Positions 30,129-40,310 of a stretch of 64,000 bases of DNA are shown here, one piece after another; the first letter of the stretch is position 1, and the number at the start of each line of letters is the position of its first letter. The notes beneath the pieces were generated by a model. It was not told the origin of the DNA and made no database searches. It was given only the letters and a program-made list of their open reading frames with translations. Both the position numbers and the translations under genes were made by a program. The stretch spans positions 288,001-352,000 of the forward strand of contig CAWBZV010000002.1 of assembly GCA_963793305.1 (NCBI GenBank), read 5' to 3'. Origin of the DNA: an uncultured Gemmatimonadales bacterium (GTDB taxonomy: Bacteria > Gemmatimonadota > Gemmatimonadetes > Gemmatimonadales > Gemmatimonadaceae).

Positions 30129-30377
30129 ATGAAGACCGCTGTCTCCATCCCGGACCCACTTTTCGCTGCCGCCGAGACAGCGGCTGAAGAGCTTGGAGTG
30201 TCCCGGAGCGCTCTGTACAGCCGCGCGCTTCGCCGATTTCTCGCTCGGTACCGCCAACATTCAGTGACCGAGCGACTCAATGCGATTTACGAGGATCAGC
30301 GCGCATTGGCTGACCGGTCGCTGCTTCGCTCGCAATGGAAGCGGCAGTCGCACGATGGCGGACCAGACGAGTGGTGA
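30129..30377 (+). CDS. Ribbon-helix-helix antitoxin (ChpI/MazE-like)
   Basis: MKTAVSIPDPLF...LGVSRSALYSRAL...VTERLNAIY; overlaps the toxin start. Confidence 0.88.
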   Translation: MKTAVSIPDPLFAAAETAAEELGVSRSALYSRALRRFLARYRQHSVTERLNAIYEDQRALADRSLLRSQWKRQSHDGGPDEW

Positions 30378-30730
30378 CTGATGACGACGTGCGGCGCGGC
30401 ACTCTGTGGTGGATTGATTTGCCTGACGACGGTGGCTCTGGGCCCGCATTTCGCCGACCCGGCGTCGTTGTCCAGGCGGATGCGTTCAACCGAAGCCGGA
30501 TTGCCACGGCGGTCATCGCCCTGCTGACGTCCAATCTCAAACTCGCGGATGCACCTGGGAACGTCATCGTGCGAGCGCGCGAATCCGGCCTGTCGCGCGA
30601 TTCGGTCGTCAACGTCTCACAGCTCTATACCGTTGACAAGTCCATGTTAACGGAACGATGCGGTCATCTCAGCGGCCGAACGATGCGTACGGTCGACGCT
30701 GGCTTGCGCCTTGTACTTGAGCTAGGGTGA
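30374..30730 (+). CDS. mazF: PemK/MazF family endoribonuclease toxin
   Basis: RRGTLWWIDL, RRPGVVVQADAFN, SGLSRDSVVNVSQLYTVDK, VDAGLRLVL. Confidence 0.93.
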   Translation: MTDDDVRRGTLWWIDLPDDGGSGPAFRRPGVVVQADAFNRSRIATAVIALLTSNLKLADAPGNVIVRARESGLSRDSVVNVSQLYTVDKSMLTERCGHLSGRTMRTVDAGLRLVLELG

Positions 30731-30742
30731 TTGCTGGCGGCA

Positions 30743-30943
30743 TTACCGACGCCGACTAGGCGACGCGAGACCCAGGTATGCCAGCACGCGATCGACCTCC
30801 TCCTCGGCCGCTAGGTCGCGCGCAAGGAGCGCGTAGACCGCGCCCGCCAAGTATGGATCCCACTCAGGGTCCGGCTCGAATCGAGGTCGCTCGTCCGGGG
30901 TATCGCCCCATGTCGTCGGGTCGTCATCGTCGTCACTTGTCAT
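30743..30943 (-). CDS. Small acidic hypothetical protein
   Basis: MTSDDDDDPTTWGD...; 66 aa; no recognised family. Confidence 0.4.
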   Translation of the reverse strand: MTSDDDDDPTTWGDTPDERPRFEPDPEWDPYLAGAVYALLARDLAAEEEVDRVLAYLGLASPSRRR

Positions 30944-31010
30944 ACCCGTCTGACGGACGAACACGCAACTTGGATACCCTACGGGGTCGCCTCCTCCGCC
31001 ACGACGATAC

Positions 31011-31436
31011 CTACGAGGGACGGCTACCCTTGCACACGTTCCCGTCCTCTTCAGGGGCTAGCCAGACCTCGAGTTCCTTGACGCGTGCTAGAATCAGCCC
31101 GGCGTTCTCTTCACAGAAGCACGCGGTGAACACACTCCCGTATTCGCCGGGATGCGTATTCGCGCTCGGATAATACGCATCCAACTCGGCGTCCGCATAT
31201 CGTTGCCACGCGCGTTGCGCTGCTTCGAACTTCACGAGAAAGGCCGTGTCGGAAGCGTAGCGCTTGCGGATGGCGGCGAGCCGTGACTGCATGCGCTTCT
31301 GCGCGGCCGAGAGGTGATCGCAACTCACTTCGTTCATGTGGGCTTGCGTGCCCTCTGGCGCCGACTGAGCCAGGCAGGGCGCGGCGACCGCCATCGCGAT
31401 GAGGATGCTAGACAGCGAGGTTCTCGGCAGGCGCAT
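31011..31436 (-). CDS. LprI/DUF1311 lysozyme-inhibitor-like secreted protein
   Basis: Signal peptide; TQAHMN..C, AQRAWQRYADAE, YGSV...C, RVKEL. Confidence 0.8.
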   Translation of the reverse strand: MRLPRTSLSSILIAMAVAAPCLAQSAPEGTQAHMNEVSCDHLSAAQKRMQSRLAAIRKRYASDTAFLVKFEAAQRAWQRYADAELDAYYPSANTHPGEYGSVFTACFCEENAGLILARVKELEVWLAPEEDGNVCKGSRPS

Positions 31437-32196
31437 TGATAACAGATGATCGCCACATTGCAGTGGCGGTGTAGAGGATCACGCCGACGACGAGCCACCG
31501 CACGACGTCGAGGGGGAGTGACTTCACCAAGTACGCGGCGATGATCACGCCTGGAATGCCGCCGAGCGCGAGGCCGAGGGCGGCTTGTTTGTCGTAGGCG
31601 TGGGCCCGCGCGAAGCGGATGGACGCGATTGGCATCAGCACGGCGCACGAGCCCATCATGATGGGGAAGGCTGCCAGCGGGGTCATGCCGAGCATGTAGA
31701 CCATACCCATGCACGGCGCATAGAGCCCCACGCCGAGCGTCATCAGGGCGCCGAGAATGGCGTTCCCGACGATGCCGGCCACGAGTAAGGGGCCAGTCAA
31801 TCCCAGAGCATCGCCGCCGCCCGGGAAAAATTTCAGCTGCCGCAAGATGATGATTGCCGCGGTGATGGCCAACGCGATCGCCATGCCGCGCTGGACCCGG
31901 CGCCGCGGCCAGCCGCCGACGATGCCGGCGCCGAGCCATGCACCCAAGGTGGCGCTGAGGATGAGCGCCACCAGGGTGAGCACATTGACTTTGACGATCC
32001 GGATGAAGATCAACGCCTCGACGATGGTCGGCGCGGCGTGGCCGACGTTGAGTGTCCCCGGAATTTTCTCGTCGGGGATGGTGTGGCGGGCTTTGTACGC
32101 CGCGGTCGTCGTGGCGAACGACCCGACCCCTAAGGCGTCGAGGAAATTCGAACCGAAACCTACCGCGAGCTCATAGAGTGTCGGACGCTGAATCAA
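31408..32196 (-). CDS. TauE/SafE (TSUP) family permease
   Basis: NFLDALGVGSFATT, IPGTLNVG, GALMTLGVGLYAP, AFPIMMGSCA; multiple TM helices. Confidence 0.85.
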   Translation of the reverse strand: MIQRPTLYELAVGFGSNFLDALGVGSFATTTAAYKARHTIPDEKIPGTLNVGHAAPTIVEALIFIRIVKVNVLTLVALILSATLGAWLGAGIVGGWPRRRVQRGMAIALAITAAIIILRQLKFFPGGGDALGLTGPLLVAGIVGNAILGALMTLGVGLYAPCMGMVYMLGMTPLAAFPIMMGSCAVLMPIASIRFARAHAYDKQAALGLALGGIPGVIIAAYLVKSLPLDVVRWLVVGVILYTATAMWRSSVINAPAENLAV

Positions 32197-33089
32197 GGCC
32201 CCTGTCCCATGAATTTCCGTGTCGCGAAGTTAATGCCTTGCGCCGTGGTCTGCCCTTTATACGACAGACCCCCGATCGCCGCAAAATGCGACATGTACGT
32301 ATTCATGGTATTGATGAACTGCATGCCGGCATTCTCGAGCGTCCGCGCCTCGGGCTGGACATCGGCCGGCGAATGGACCTTCTGCTTGATCTCCTTGAGC
32401 GCCGTCGCGCGCAAGTCCGTGTAGCCATACAAGAACTGCGTGGCCAACCACCGGCGCTCGGCGTGCGCCAGGTGCTCCTGCGCGACGAGCGGGAGGCGAG
32501 GGAACGCGGTCGGCAGCGACCGCACGAAGGCCGCGCGGGACTCGCTCGTGCTCCGGGGCTGTCCGGCGAGGGCGGCCACGCAATCGCTCGACGAAAAGAA
32601 TGCGTCGATCGCGCGCTGCGTCACGACGAAGCTGTCGGACCGGGCGACCAGCGGCGCGTGTCGCTCAGCCAACGCCAGCCACCGCGCGGTGAACTGATCC
32701 TTCGGTGCGAGCCTGATCGACAAGTCCCAATCCGACTCGCGCATGAACGCCCGGTCCATCGCTGGCCCGCTCCGAAACACATCGGCGACGCGGTGCACCT
32801 GCGGCAGCACCTTGGCGATTTTCGCCGGGTCGTTCTTGAACTCGTCGAGAACGATCGCCCGGATCTGCGCTTGCTCGTCGGCGCTGAGCGGACTCCCAAG
32901 AACGCCGGCGTCGATATCGATGACGTTGTCCAGGCTCTCCTGGGTGTACGCGTATTGTCCGGATTGAACCAACTGGACGGTGCGTACCGGCCGGACCGTT
33001 CTCACCGTGTCGCCGGTGCGGCACGGTGACTGCCCGCAAACGGCAAGCGCCGAGCTTGCGCTGCACAGCGCCACCAACAGCAGTCGCAT
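32193..33089 (-). CDS. Hypothetical exported protein
   Basis: 298 aa, N-terminal hydrophobic signal, helical composition, coupled to neighbours. Confidence 0.65.
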   Translation of the reverse strand: MRLLLVALCSASSALAVCGQSPCRTGDTVRTVRPVRTVQLVQSGQYAYTQESLDNVIDIDAGVLGSPLSADEQAQIRAIVLDEFKNDPAKIAKVLPQVHRVADVFRSGPAMDRAFMRESDWDLSIRLAPKDQFTARWLALAERHAPLVARSDSFVVTQRAIDAFFSSSDCVAALAGQPRSTSESRAAFVRSLPTAFPRLPLVAQEHLAHAERRWLATQFLYGYTDLRATALKEIKQKVHSPADVQPEARTLENAGMQFINTMNTYMSHFAAIGGLSYKGQTTAQGINFATRKFMGQGP

Positions 33090-33099
33090 CCGAACGAGC

Positions 33100-34542
33100 T
33101 TACGGCGTGAGCTGGACGTTCACGACGCGCGTCGTTTGCCCCTGTACCGAGTACACCTGCAGGCTGACGACGCCCCTCGGCGCGCGGGAGATCGCGTTGT
33201 GCAGATCCTCGGTGCTCCGGATCGACCGCGGCGCGCCGGCGCCAAGCGCCTCGGTGATGATATCGCCCGGCTGCAGCAGCCCCGCGGCGGGCCCGGACGG
33301 GTCGACGCGTTCGATGATCAGTCCCTGCGTGCTCGACGGTAGCTGAAGCTGCGCGATCATGTCGGGAGTCACGGGCGCGACGCCGACTCCCAGTCGCGCA
33401 CCACCGGTCACTCCCGCGCCGCTGGCGGTGGTCTGCGCTTCGTCCGGCGGCTCGCCAAGCTTGACTTGCAGCGTGCGCTTCGTGCCGAAGCGCTGCACGT
33501 CCACCGAAACCGTCTGCCCCGGTTGAAAATCGATCAGCAAACGTTGCAGCGTCGACACCCGGTCGACGGGTCGCCCGTTCATGGCGATGATGACATTGCC
33601 AGGTTGCAATCCGGCTTTCGCGGCCGGGCTGCTCCGGTCACCCACGCCGCCGACCAAGACACCGCGGATCTCGTTGAGACCCGCGGCCCGCGCATCGGCG
33701 GGCCCCACATCCTGCACGCTGACTCCCAGGATCGCATGATGGGCTCGCCCGTCTTTGCGCAACTCATCCATGATGATGCGCGCGATGCTGACCGGCACCG
33801 CAAAGCCGTAGCCCGCATAGCTGCCGGTGGGGCTCGCGATCGCCGTATTGATCCCGATCACGCGACCCTGGAGATCGAGGAGCGGTCCGCCCGAGTTGCC
33901 GGGATTGATGACCGCGTCCGTCTGGAGAAAGTCGACGACGGCATAGCGCGGCGTGAAGAGATCGCGGAGCTGTCCGCCCCGCCCCTTCGCGCTGATAATC
34001 CCCGACGTCACCGTGAAGTTGAGACCGAGCGGGTTGCCAACCGCCATGACGCCGTCGCCAACCTGAACGGTACTGTCGTCGCCAAGCGACAAGGTTGGCA
34101 GATCGGTCGCGTCGATCTTGATCAGCGCGACTTCCGTTGACGGATCGCGGCCGATGACCTTCGCGGTAAAGATCCGCCGGTCCGACAGTCCGACAGTCAC
34201 GCGCGTCGCATTCGCGACGACGTGATTATTCGTCAGGATGTAGCCGTCCGATGTCACGATGAAGCCGGAGCCGAGTCCTTCGGTCGGCTGCGGCTCGCCA
34301 CCACCGAACGAGCCGAACTGGGCGTTGCTGTCCGGTCGGAACACGGACTGGATAGCCACCACCGCCGGCGTGACCTGCTTCGCCAGCGGCGCAAGCGTCG
34401 CCGTGATGCGTGGCACACCAACCTCGGTCGTAACCGGGTCGGCGATGGCGCCCGCCTCGGAGGCCGTCCGAACGGGCGTGGATGTCTGTTGCTTGCACGC
34501 TACGGCAAGCACGAGGATGGAAACCGCGAGCCTTAAGCGCAT
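33100..34542 (-). CDS. HtrA/DegP (Do family) serine protease with two PDZ domains
   Basis: GLGSGFIV, TNNHVV, QTDAVINPGNSGGPL; lipobox VAC. Triad Asp position reads TEVAL. Confidence 0.93.
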   Translation of the reverse strand: MRLRLAVSILVLAVACKQQTSTPVRTASEAGAIADPVTTEVGVPRITATLAPLAKQVTPAVVAIQSVFRPDSNAQFGSFGGGEPQPTEGLGSGFIVTSDGYILTNNHVVANATRVTVGLSDRRIFTAKVIGRDPSTEVALIKIDATDLPTLSLGDDSTVQVGDGVMAVGNPLGLNFTVTSGIISAKGRGGQLRDLFTPRYAVVDFLQTDAVINPGNSGGPLLDLQGRVIGINTAIASPTGSYAGYGFAVPVSIARIIMDELRKDGRAHHAILGVSVQDVGPADARAAGLNEIRGVLVGGVGDRSSPAAKAGLQPGNVIIAMNGRPVDRVSTLQRLLIDFQPGQTVSVDVQRFGTKRTLQVKLGEPPDEAQTTASGAGVTGGARLGVGVAPVTPDMIAQLQLPSSTQGLIIERVDPSGPAAGLLQPGDIITEALGAGAPRSIRSTEDLHNAISRAPRGVVSLQVYSVQGQTTRVVNVQLTP

Positions 34543-34621
34543 ATCAAAATAGTACTGCAAAACTCGGACTGTTGGCCGCATTTGGCGCCTGGCGGGCTGA
34601 GCAGCACAAATTCGGAGCACT

Positions 34622-35266
34622 ATGGCCACTGGATCCGCCAATCTCGAAGTCTTCGTCCGCGACGCGCTGTCGCGCGGGCAAACGCGAACGGAGATCACGC
34701 GCGTGCTCGCCGAGGCGGGTTGGCCGGCGGAGCAGGTGACGCTCGCCCTGAGCGCTTACGCCGACGTCGCGTTCCCCGTGCCGGTGCCGCGCCCCCGCGC
34801 CTCGCTCTCGGCGCGCGAGGCTTTTCTCTACCTCGTGCTCTTCACCGCGCTCTATCTCAGCGCGTTCAATCTCGGAATCATTCTGTTTCAGTTGATCGAT
34901 CGCGCTTTTCCGGATGCCGCGACGTTGCGGTATGAGCTCTCGGGTTACAGTGAGACGATTCGCTGGGCGGTCGCCGGGCTCGTCGTCGCGTTCCCCATCT
35001 TCCTGTGGATCTCGACCTATGTCGGTCGCGAGGTCGCCGCGAATCCGGCCGGCCGGCTGTCGCCCGTTCGGCGCTGGTGTACGTATCTCACGCTGTTCAT
35101 CGCGGTGGCGTGTTTGATTGGCGATGCGACGGCGCTGGTCTACAATCTCCTGAGCGGGGAGCTCACCAGTCGCTTCGTGCTCAAAGTGCTGGTGGTCGCG
35201 CTCATCGCCGGGACGACACTCATGTACTACCTGCGCGATCTGCGCCAGGGGGAGCGGCCGACGTGA
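34622..35266 (+). CDS. DUF5671-like membrane protein
   Basis: LAEAGWP N-domain; SAREAFLYL; RRWCTYLTLF; NLLSGELTSRF. Confidence 0.75.
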   Translation: MATGSANLEVFVRDALSRGQTRTEITRVLAEAGWPAEQVTLALSAYADVAFPVPVPRPRASLSAREAFLYLVLFTALYLSAFNLGIILFQLIDRAFPDAATLRYELSGYSETIRWAVAGLVVAFPIFLWISTYVGREVAANPAGRLSPVRRWCTYLTLFIAVACLIGDATALVYNLLSGELTSRFVLKVLVVALIAGTTLMYYLRDLRQGERPT

Positions 35267-35688
35267 TGGCACGCGGTCGGGTGAATGTTCTGGCGATCGT
35301 CGCGATCGTGGTCGTCGCGGCGACGGTGACCGCGGGGCTCTTCGTCGCTGGCGGCCCGGGCGCCGCCCGCCAGCACCGTCTCGATGAGCGGCGCACACAG
35401 GACCTCGAGATGCTGACGTTCGCGATCCAACGCCACTACAATCGCCACCGTGCGCCGCCGCCGTCGCTCGATACCCTGCGCGTCGAACACGAGATAAACG
35501 ACGTGCCGGCCGATCCGGAGACGCGCGCCCCGTACCGTTATGAAGTCACAGGCCCGGCCGGCTATCGACTGTGCGCGACCTTCCAAACGCGGTCCGATGA
35601 CACGTTCGGGCGGTCATCGTGGGCGCACGATACCGGCTCGGTTTGTTTCGATCGCGGGCCGTTGACACCGGACCGCAACGCCAATTAA
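35266..35688 (+). CDS. Pilin/pseudopilin-like membrane-anchored protein
   Basis: N-terminal TM, RLDERRTQDL, DPETRAPYRY, YRLCATF...CF. Confidence 0.65.
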   Translation: MARGRVNVLAIVAIVVVAATVTAGLFVAGGPGAARQHRLDERRTQDLEMLTFAIQRHYNRHRAPPPSLDTLRVEHEINDVPADPETRAPYRYEVTGPAGYRLCATFQTRSDDTFGRSSWAHDTGSVCFDRGPLTPDRNAN

Positions 35689-35700
35689 AGCATCACTCCT

Positions 35701-36621
35701 ATGTCCCTTCTCTCACTCGAACGCGTCACGAAGCGCTTCGACGGCATTGTCGCGGTCGATGACGTGTCGTTCACCATTGATCGTGGTCAAGTCGTCGGAT
35801 TCCTCGGCCCCAACGGCGCCGGGAAGTCGACCACGATGCGGATGATCACGCAGTACTTCGAGCCCGACGGCGGCAGCATTCGGTTCGACGGCACCCCACT
35901 GGCCGAGGCCGGCATCGAGGCCAAACGGCGCATCGGATTCCTGCCCGAGAACAACCCGCTATATGGCGAGATGCTCGTCGCCGAGTACCTCGATTTCGTG
36001 GCGCGGCTCCGCGACCTCGAGGGGGTAGACCGGCGTCGGGCGATCGACGAGGCCGTCGCCGCAACGGCGATCGAAGCCGTGTACAATCGACCGATCAGCG
36101 AGCTCTCGAAAGGATTCCGCCAGCGCGTCGGGCTGGCGGCCGCGATTCTGCATTGGCCCGACCTCCTCGTGCTCGACGAGCCCACCGAAGGGCTCGACCC
36201 CAATCAACGGGTCGAGATCCGGCAACTGATCAGCCACCTCGGTCGGGAACGTACCGTGATCCTGTCGACGCACGTGCTCGGCGAAGTCCAGTACACGTGC
36301 TCGCGACTGCTCATCATCAATCGCGGAAAAATCGTCGCCGATGATGCAGTGGACACGCTTCTCACCCGCGCCACTGCCGGGATTCGTATCAGCGTCGAGG
36401 TCGCCGGCCCGGGCGCCGAGCAAGCACTGGGTGGCCTCCCTGATGTGCGCGCGGTCGAATCGCACGAGGGCGTCGATGGACGCCAACGATTCACCATAGT
36501 CGCATCAGACGATATCCGCCCGACTATTTTCACGCTCGCCAAGGACCGCGGCTGGATGCTCTATGAGCTCCATCAAGAGGCTGGTAATCTCGAAGATTTG
36601 TTCCGGGAGCTGACGGTATGA
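35701..36621 (+). CDS. ABC transporter ATP-binding protein (GldA-like)
   Basis: GPNGAGKST, LSKGFRQRVG, LDEPTEGLDP. Confidence 0.93.
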   Translation: MSLLSLERVTKRFDGIVAVDDVSFTIDRGQVVGFLGPNGAGKSTTMRMITQYFEPDGGSIRFDGTPLAEAGIEAKRRIGFLPENNPLYGEMLVAEYLDFVARLRDLEGVDRRRAIDEAVAATAIEAVYNRPISELSKGFRQRVGLAAAILHWPDLLVLDEPTEGLDPNQRVEIRQLISHLGRERTVILSTHVLGEVQYTCSRLLIINRGKIVADDAVDTLLTRATAGIRISVEVAGPGAEQALGGLPDVRAVESHEGVDGRQRFTIVASDDIRPTIFTLAKDRGWMLYELHQEAGNLEDLFRELTV

Positions 36622-38819
36622 CCGGCCGTATATGGACCGTCGCGCGGCGTGAGGTGCGGGCGATGCTCGATCACCCAACGGGCTATGTCCTGCTCGTGGT
36701 CTTCGTGGGCATCAACGCTTTCCTGTTCTTCCGGCAGGCCTACTTGATCGGCGCCGCGAGCCTGCGGCCGATGCTCGATCTCCTGCCATGGTTACTGCTG
36801 TTCATCGTGCCCGCCGTCACCATGCGAACGCTGGCCGAGGACCGGAAGAGCGGCGTGCTCGAGGTCGTGCTCACGCAGCCGATCACAGAGCTCGAGCTCG
36901 TCCTGGGCAAGTACCTGGGCGCTGTCCTGTTCCTCTGGCTCGCACTCGCGCTGACGCTCGTGATCCCGATCGGACTCGCGTTGGGCTCGTCACTCCAGTG
37001 GGGAACGCTCACCGCGCAATACATCGGCGCCGCCCTCTTGATCGGGAGCCTCACCGGCATTGGCGTGTGGGCGTCGAGCCTGACCGAAAGCCAGATCACA
37101 GCCTACATCCTCGCGGTCGCCGTGATGTTCGTCGCGCTCCTCATCGGGCTCGACCCCGTGACCGGCGCGCTTCCGCCGACCCTGGGCGCCATCGCCGCGC
37201 GACTCGGCGTGCTCTCCCACTTCGAGAGCATCGGCCGCGGCGTCATCGACCTGCGCGACGTGATCTACTTTCTCTCGGTCGCCGGGATCTTCCTTGCGCT
37301 CGCCTACGGGTCCGTCGTGGGCCGCAAGCTCGCGCGCGGTGGCGTAGCGAGCCGGCAGCTCCGGCTCGGCGTCACGATCGCCACCGCCACCCTGATCGTC
37401 GTGAATCTGCTCGGCAGCTATATCGGCGGCCGACTCGACCTGACGCCAGGCCACGCCTACACGCTCTCACCCGCGACCAAGCAGATCGTCGGATCCCTCG
37501 ACGACATCGTCACGATCAACGTCTTCGCGTCCGACGAGCTGCCGACCAGCGTCTCGCTCCTCAAGCGCGATCTCGACGACCTCCTGCGCGACCTGCACAC
37601 GGCCGGCCATGGCAAGATTCGGATCATCCGCCGCAATCCGAGCAAAGACGAGACGGCGAAGAAGGACGCCGAGAGCCTCGGCGTCGAGCCCGTCGAGTTC
37701 AATGTCATTGGCCAATCGGAGCTGCAAGTGAAGCAAGGCTACCTCGGCCTTGCCATCCAATATGGCAAGGGCACGCAGGCGATCCCATTCGTCGGGCGCA
37801 CGGATGATCTGGAATACCGCCTGGCCTCGGATATTCGCACGCTCACGCGTTCGAAGAAGCCGGCGATTGGCATCGTGGCCGACGAGCGAGACCAGACACT
37901 CCGCGTCGACCAACTCCGCGCCGAGCTCGCCAAAGCGTACGATGTCCGATCGGTCTCGTTGACGGACACGGCCCAACCGGCGCGCGATGTCTCCACGCTG
38001 GTGTTGGTCGGCCCGGCCGAGTCGCTGTCGACGGCGGCCACGCAACGCCTGCTCCAGTTCTTTCATCGTGGTGGGAGCGCCCTGGTTCTGGCGAGCGCGA
38101 TGACGATCTCGCAACAGATGCCAATGGCGATGCCACGCCCCATTGGCTGGAACGACGTGCTGCGCCCGTTCGGCGTATCGGTCAACGCCAACATGGTCTA
38201 CGACCTCGTCGCCAACGAAGTCGTGCCCGTGCGTGCGTCGGGCGGACTCCAGGTGCTCGAGCGCTACCCGCTGTTCATTCGTGCCAAGAGCACGGGCGCA
38301 TTAGTCGTCAGCGAGGGCGTGAACGATGTGTTGCTCGCCTGGGCCAGCAGCCTCGATACCTCGGCCACCGCGGGATGGACGGTGACGCCGCTGCTCGTGT
38401 CGAGCGACGGCGCCGGCCTCGCCACCGGTGAGACGATGATCGACCCGGCCAGGGCGACGTTCCCGCAGACCAACCTCGGGCCCCGGGTGCTGGCGGTACA
38501 GGTCGCGCCGCGATCGTCCAGCGATACCGCGAAACGGGGGCGCGTGATCGTCGTTGGCGACGCGATGTTCGCCAGCGACCAGTTCACCCAACACGCGCCC
38601 GACAACCTCTCGTTCGCGTTGAACGCGGTCGACTGGCTGGCGCAAGACGAGTCGTTGATCTCGATCCGGTCAAAGGACCGGAGCCCGCCGTCGTTGAGCT
38701 TCTCGAGCGCCGTCCTGCGAGAGGGCGTCAAGTACTTCAACGTGATCGGCGTGCCAGTGCTCATCATCCTCTTCGGCATGACGCACCTCACGCGCCGCTG
38801 GAGGCGGTCGCATGCGTAA
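36618..38819 (+). CDS. Fused ABC-2 permease + Gld auxiliary domain (GldF-GldG-like)
   Basis: PAVTMRTLAEDRKSG, VLGKYL, RGVIDLRD, RLDLT...YTLS, LEYRL, NAVDWL. Confidence 0.88.
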   Translation: MTGRIWTVARREVRAMLDHPTGYVLLVVFVGINAFLFFRQAYLIGAASLRPMLDLLPWLLLFIVPAVTMRTLAEDRKSGVLEVVLTQPITELELVLGKYLGAVLFLWLALALTLVIPIGLALGSSLQWGTLTAQYIGAALLIGSLTGIGVWASSLTESQITAYILAVAVMFVALLIGLDPVTGALPPTLGAIAARLGVLSHFESIGRGVIDLRDVIYFLSVAGIFLALAYGSVVGRKLARGGVASRQLRLGVTIATATLIVVNLLGSYIGGRLDLTPGHAYTLSPATKQIVGSLDDIVTINVFASDELPTSVSLLKRDLDDLLRDLHTAGHGKIRIIRRNPSKDETAKKDAESLGVEPVEFNVIGQSELQVKQGYLGLAIQYGKGTQAIPFVGRTDDLEYRLASDIRTLTRSKKPAIGIVADERDQTLRVDQLRAELAKAYDVRSVSLTDTAQPARDVSTLVLVGPAESLSTAATQRLLQFFHRGGSALVLASAMTISQQMPMAMPRPIGWNDVLRPFGVSVNANMVYDLVANEVVPVRASGGLQVLERYPLFIRAKSTGALVVSEGVNDVLLAWASSLDTSATAGWTVTPLLVSSDGAGLATGETMIDPARATFPQTNLGPRVLAVQVAPRSSSDTAKRGRVIVVGDAMFASDQFTQHAPDNLSFALNAVDWLAQDESLISIRSKDRSPPSLSFSSAVLREGVKYFNVIGVPVLIILFGMTHLTRRWRRSHA

Positions 38820-39624
38820 ACAGCAGCTGATGCGGCTCCTCGGCGCGTTTGGCGCGGCCCTGTTGTTGTGGGGCGTGCTCGCCGTTGTCCGTCGTCCGCC
38901 CAGCGACCGCGTCGAACACCTCGCGCTGCCGAAAGTCGACACGGGCGCGGTCGACACGATCGCGTTCGGCACGACCGTCCTGGCGCGCTCGGGCGCATCA
39001 TGGTGAGTGAATAATTATCTGGCGGACCCTGACGCAGTCGCCGCGATGCTCAGGGGGTTGGCCGACACGAGTGCCACCACCGAGCTCGTGGCCGAATCGA
39101 AGGCCTCTCACGCTCGACTCGGCGTGAGCGTCGATAGCGGGAAGCGCGTGCGCGTCGTCAGCCACGGGAAGCCCGTGCTCGATCTCATAGTCGGCCAGGG
39201 GATATATGTGCGCCGACCGAACGAAGATGCAGTCTATGCCATGCACGGCGGGATCGCGTCCGTCGCCTCCAAGAGCCTGGACGATTGGCGCGACAAGCGC
39301 ATCGTGTCCGTCGCACCGGAGAGCGTCGCGACCGCAACCGTGCAGCGCGGCGCGCACACGATCACGATGCGCCGCTTCGTCGGCGATACGACGAAGCTCA
39401 CGACGCTCCTGGGTTCGTATCGCGATTTGCGAGCGACCGGATTCGCCGACTCCATGAGCGCTCATCCAACACTGCGGGCGCGATTGCTCGGCAAGTCGGG
39501 AAACACGCTGGCCGATCTCGTGTTCGACTCGACTGCCGGCGGTGTGCGGGTGCGGGCGGACTCGGGTGGCACGGTCTTCCGCCTCGATACCTGGATGCTC
39601 GGCCAACTCGTGCCGGCGAAGTGA
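38812..39624 (+). pseudogene. DUF4340-like protein interrupted by an in-frame TGA at 39004-39006
   Basis: ORFs 38812-39006 and 39007-39624 are in one frame (GASW*VNNYLAD); YVRR...VY and WRDK motifs; usual position after gldG-like genes. Confidence 0.65.
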
Positions 39625-40303
39625 TCGCGCTGACGGTCGCGCTGTTGCAGGTCGCAACCTACACGCTGCCGACCGTCGAGCTGCCGCGGTACGTGTCCGA
39701 GGAGTCGGATATCATATGGTACCCGGTCGCTGGCTCGTCCATCCGCGACCTGCAGTCGCAGATGCGAGCCAACGGCCCGCACGACGACGCCGGCGCATTC
39801 GCCGGGTACACGCGCAACAGTACGTACTGGCACATCCATTGGCGGGAGGGGGGTGGTAGCTGCAGCGTGAGCGACGTCGCGGTCGCGACGTACGACACGG
39901 TCACGCTCCCCATGTGGTCCCCGGCGCCGAATGCCGATTCGGCATTGATGGCCGAGTGGTCTCGTTTCGTGACAATGCTGGGCCGCCACGAGGAGGGACA
40001 TCGCGATATCGCGATCGCCGGCGCCGGCGAGATCGCCCGAACGTTGGCAATGCTATCGCCGCAGGCCTCGTGCGCCGACCTCGCCGCGTCGGCGAATGCG
40101 CAGGGTCAAGCCATTCTGGCATCCGATCCAGACGACGACAGCAGCAGTACGACGACGAGACGAACCACGGCCAGCGACGCGGCACTGCGCTCGAGGACCC
40201 GACGTCAGCATCGAGTCCACGATTCCCTACGCTCGCCGTTCTCGCAACGTTCGCGGTGCTGGTGCCGTTCATCGTTTGGTGGCGCCGCTCTCGAACTCGT
40301 TGA
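39621..40303 (+). CDS. DUF922 family putative Zn protease with C-terminal TM, frameshifted at ~40120-40135
   Basis: YPVAGSS, NGP, VTLPMW, HEEGH; continues in another frame as QQQYDDETNHG. Confidence 0.75.
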
Positions 40304-40310
40304 GGGGGTT

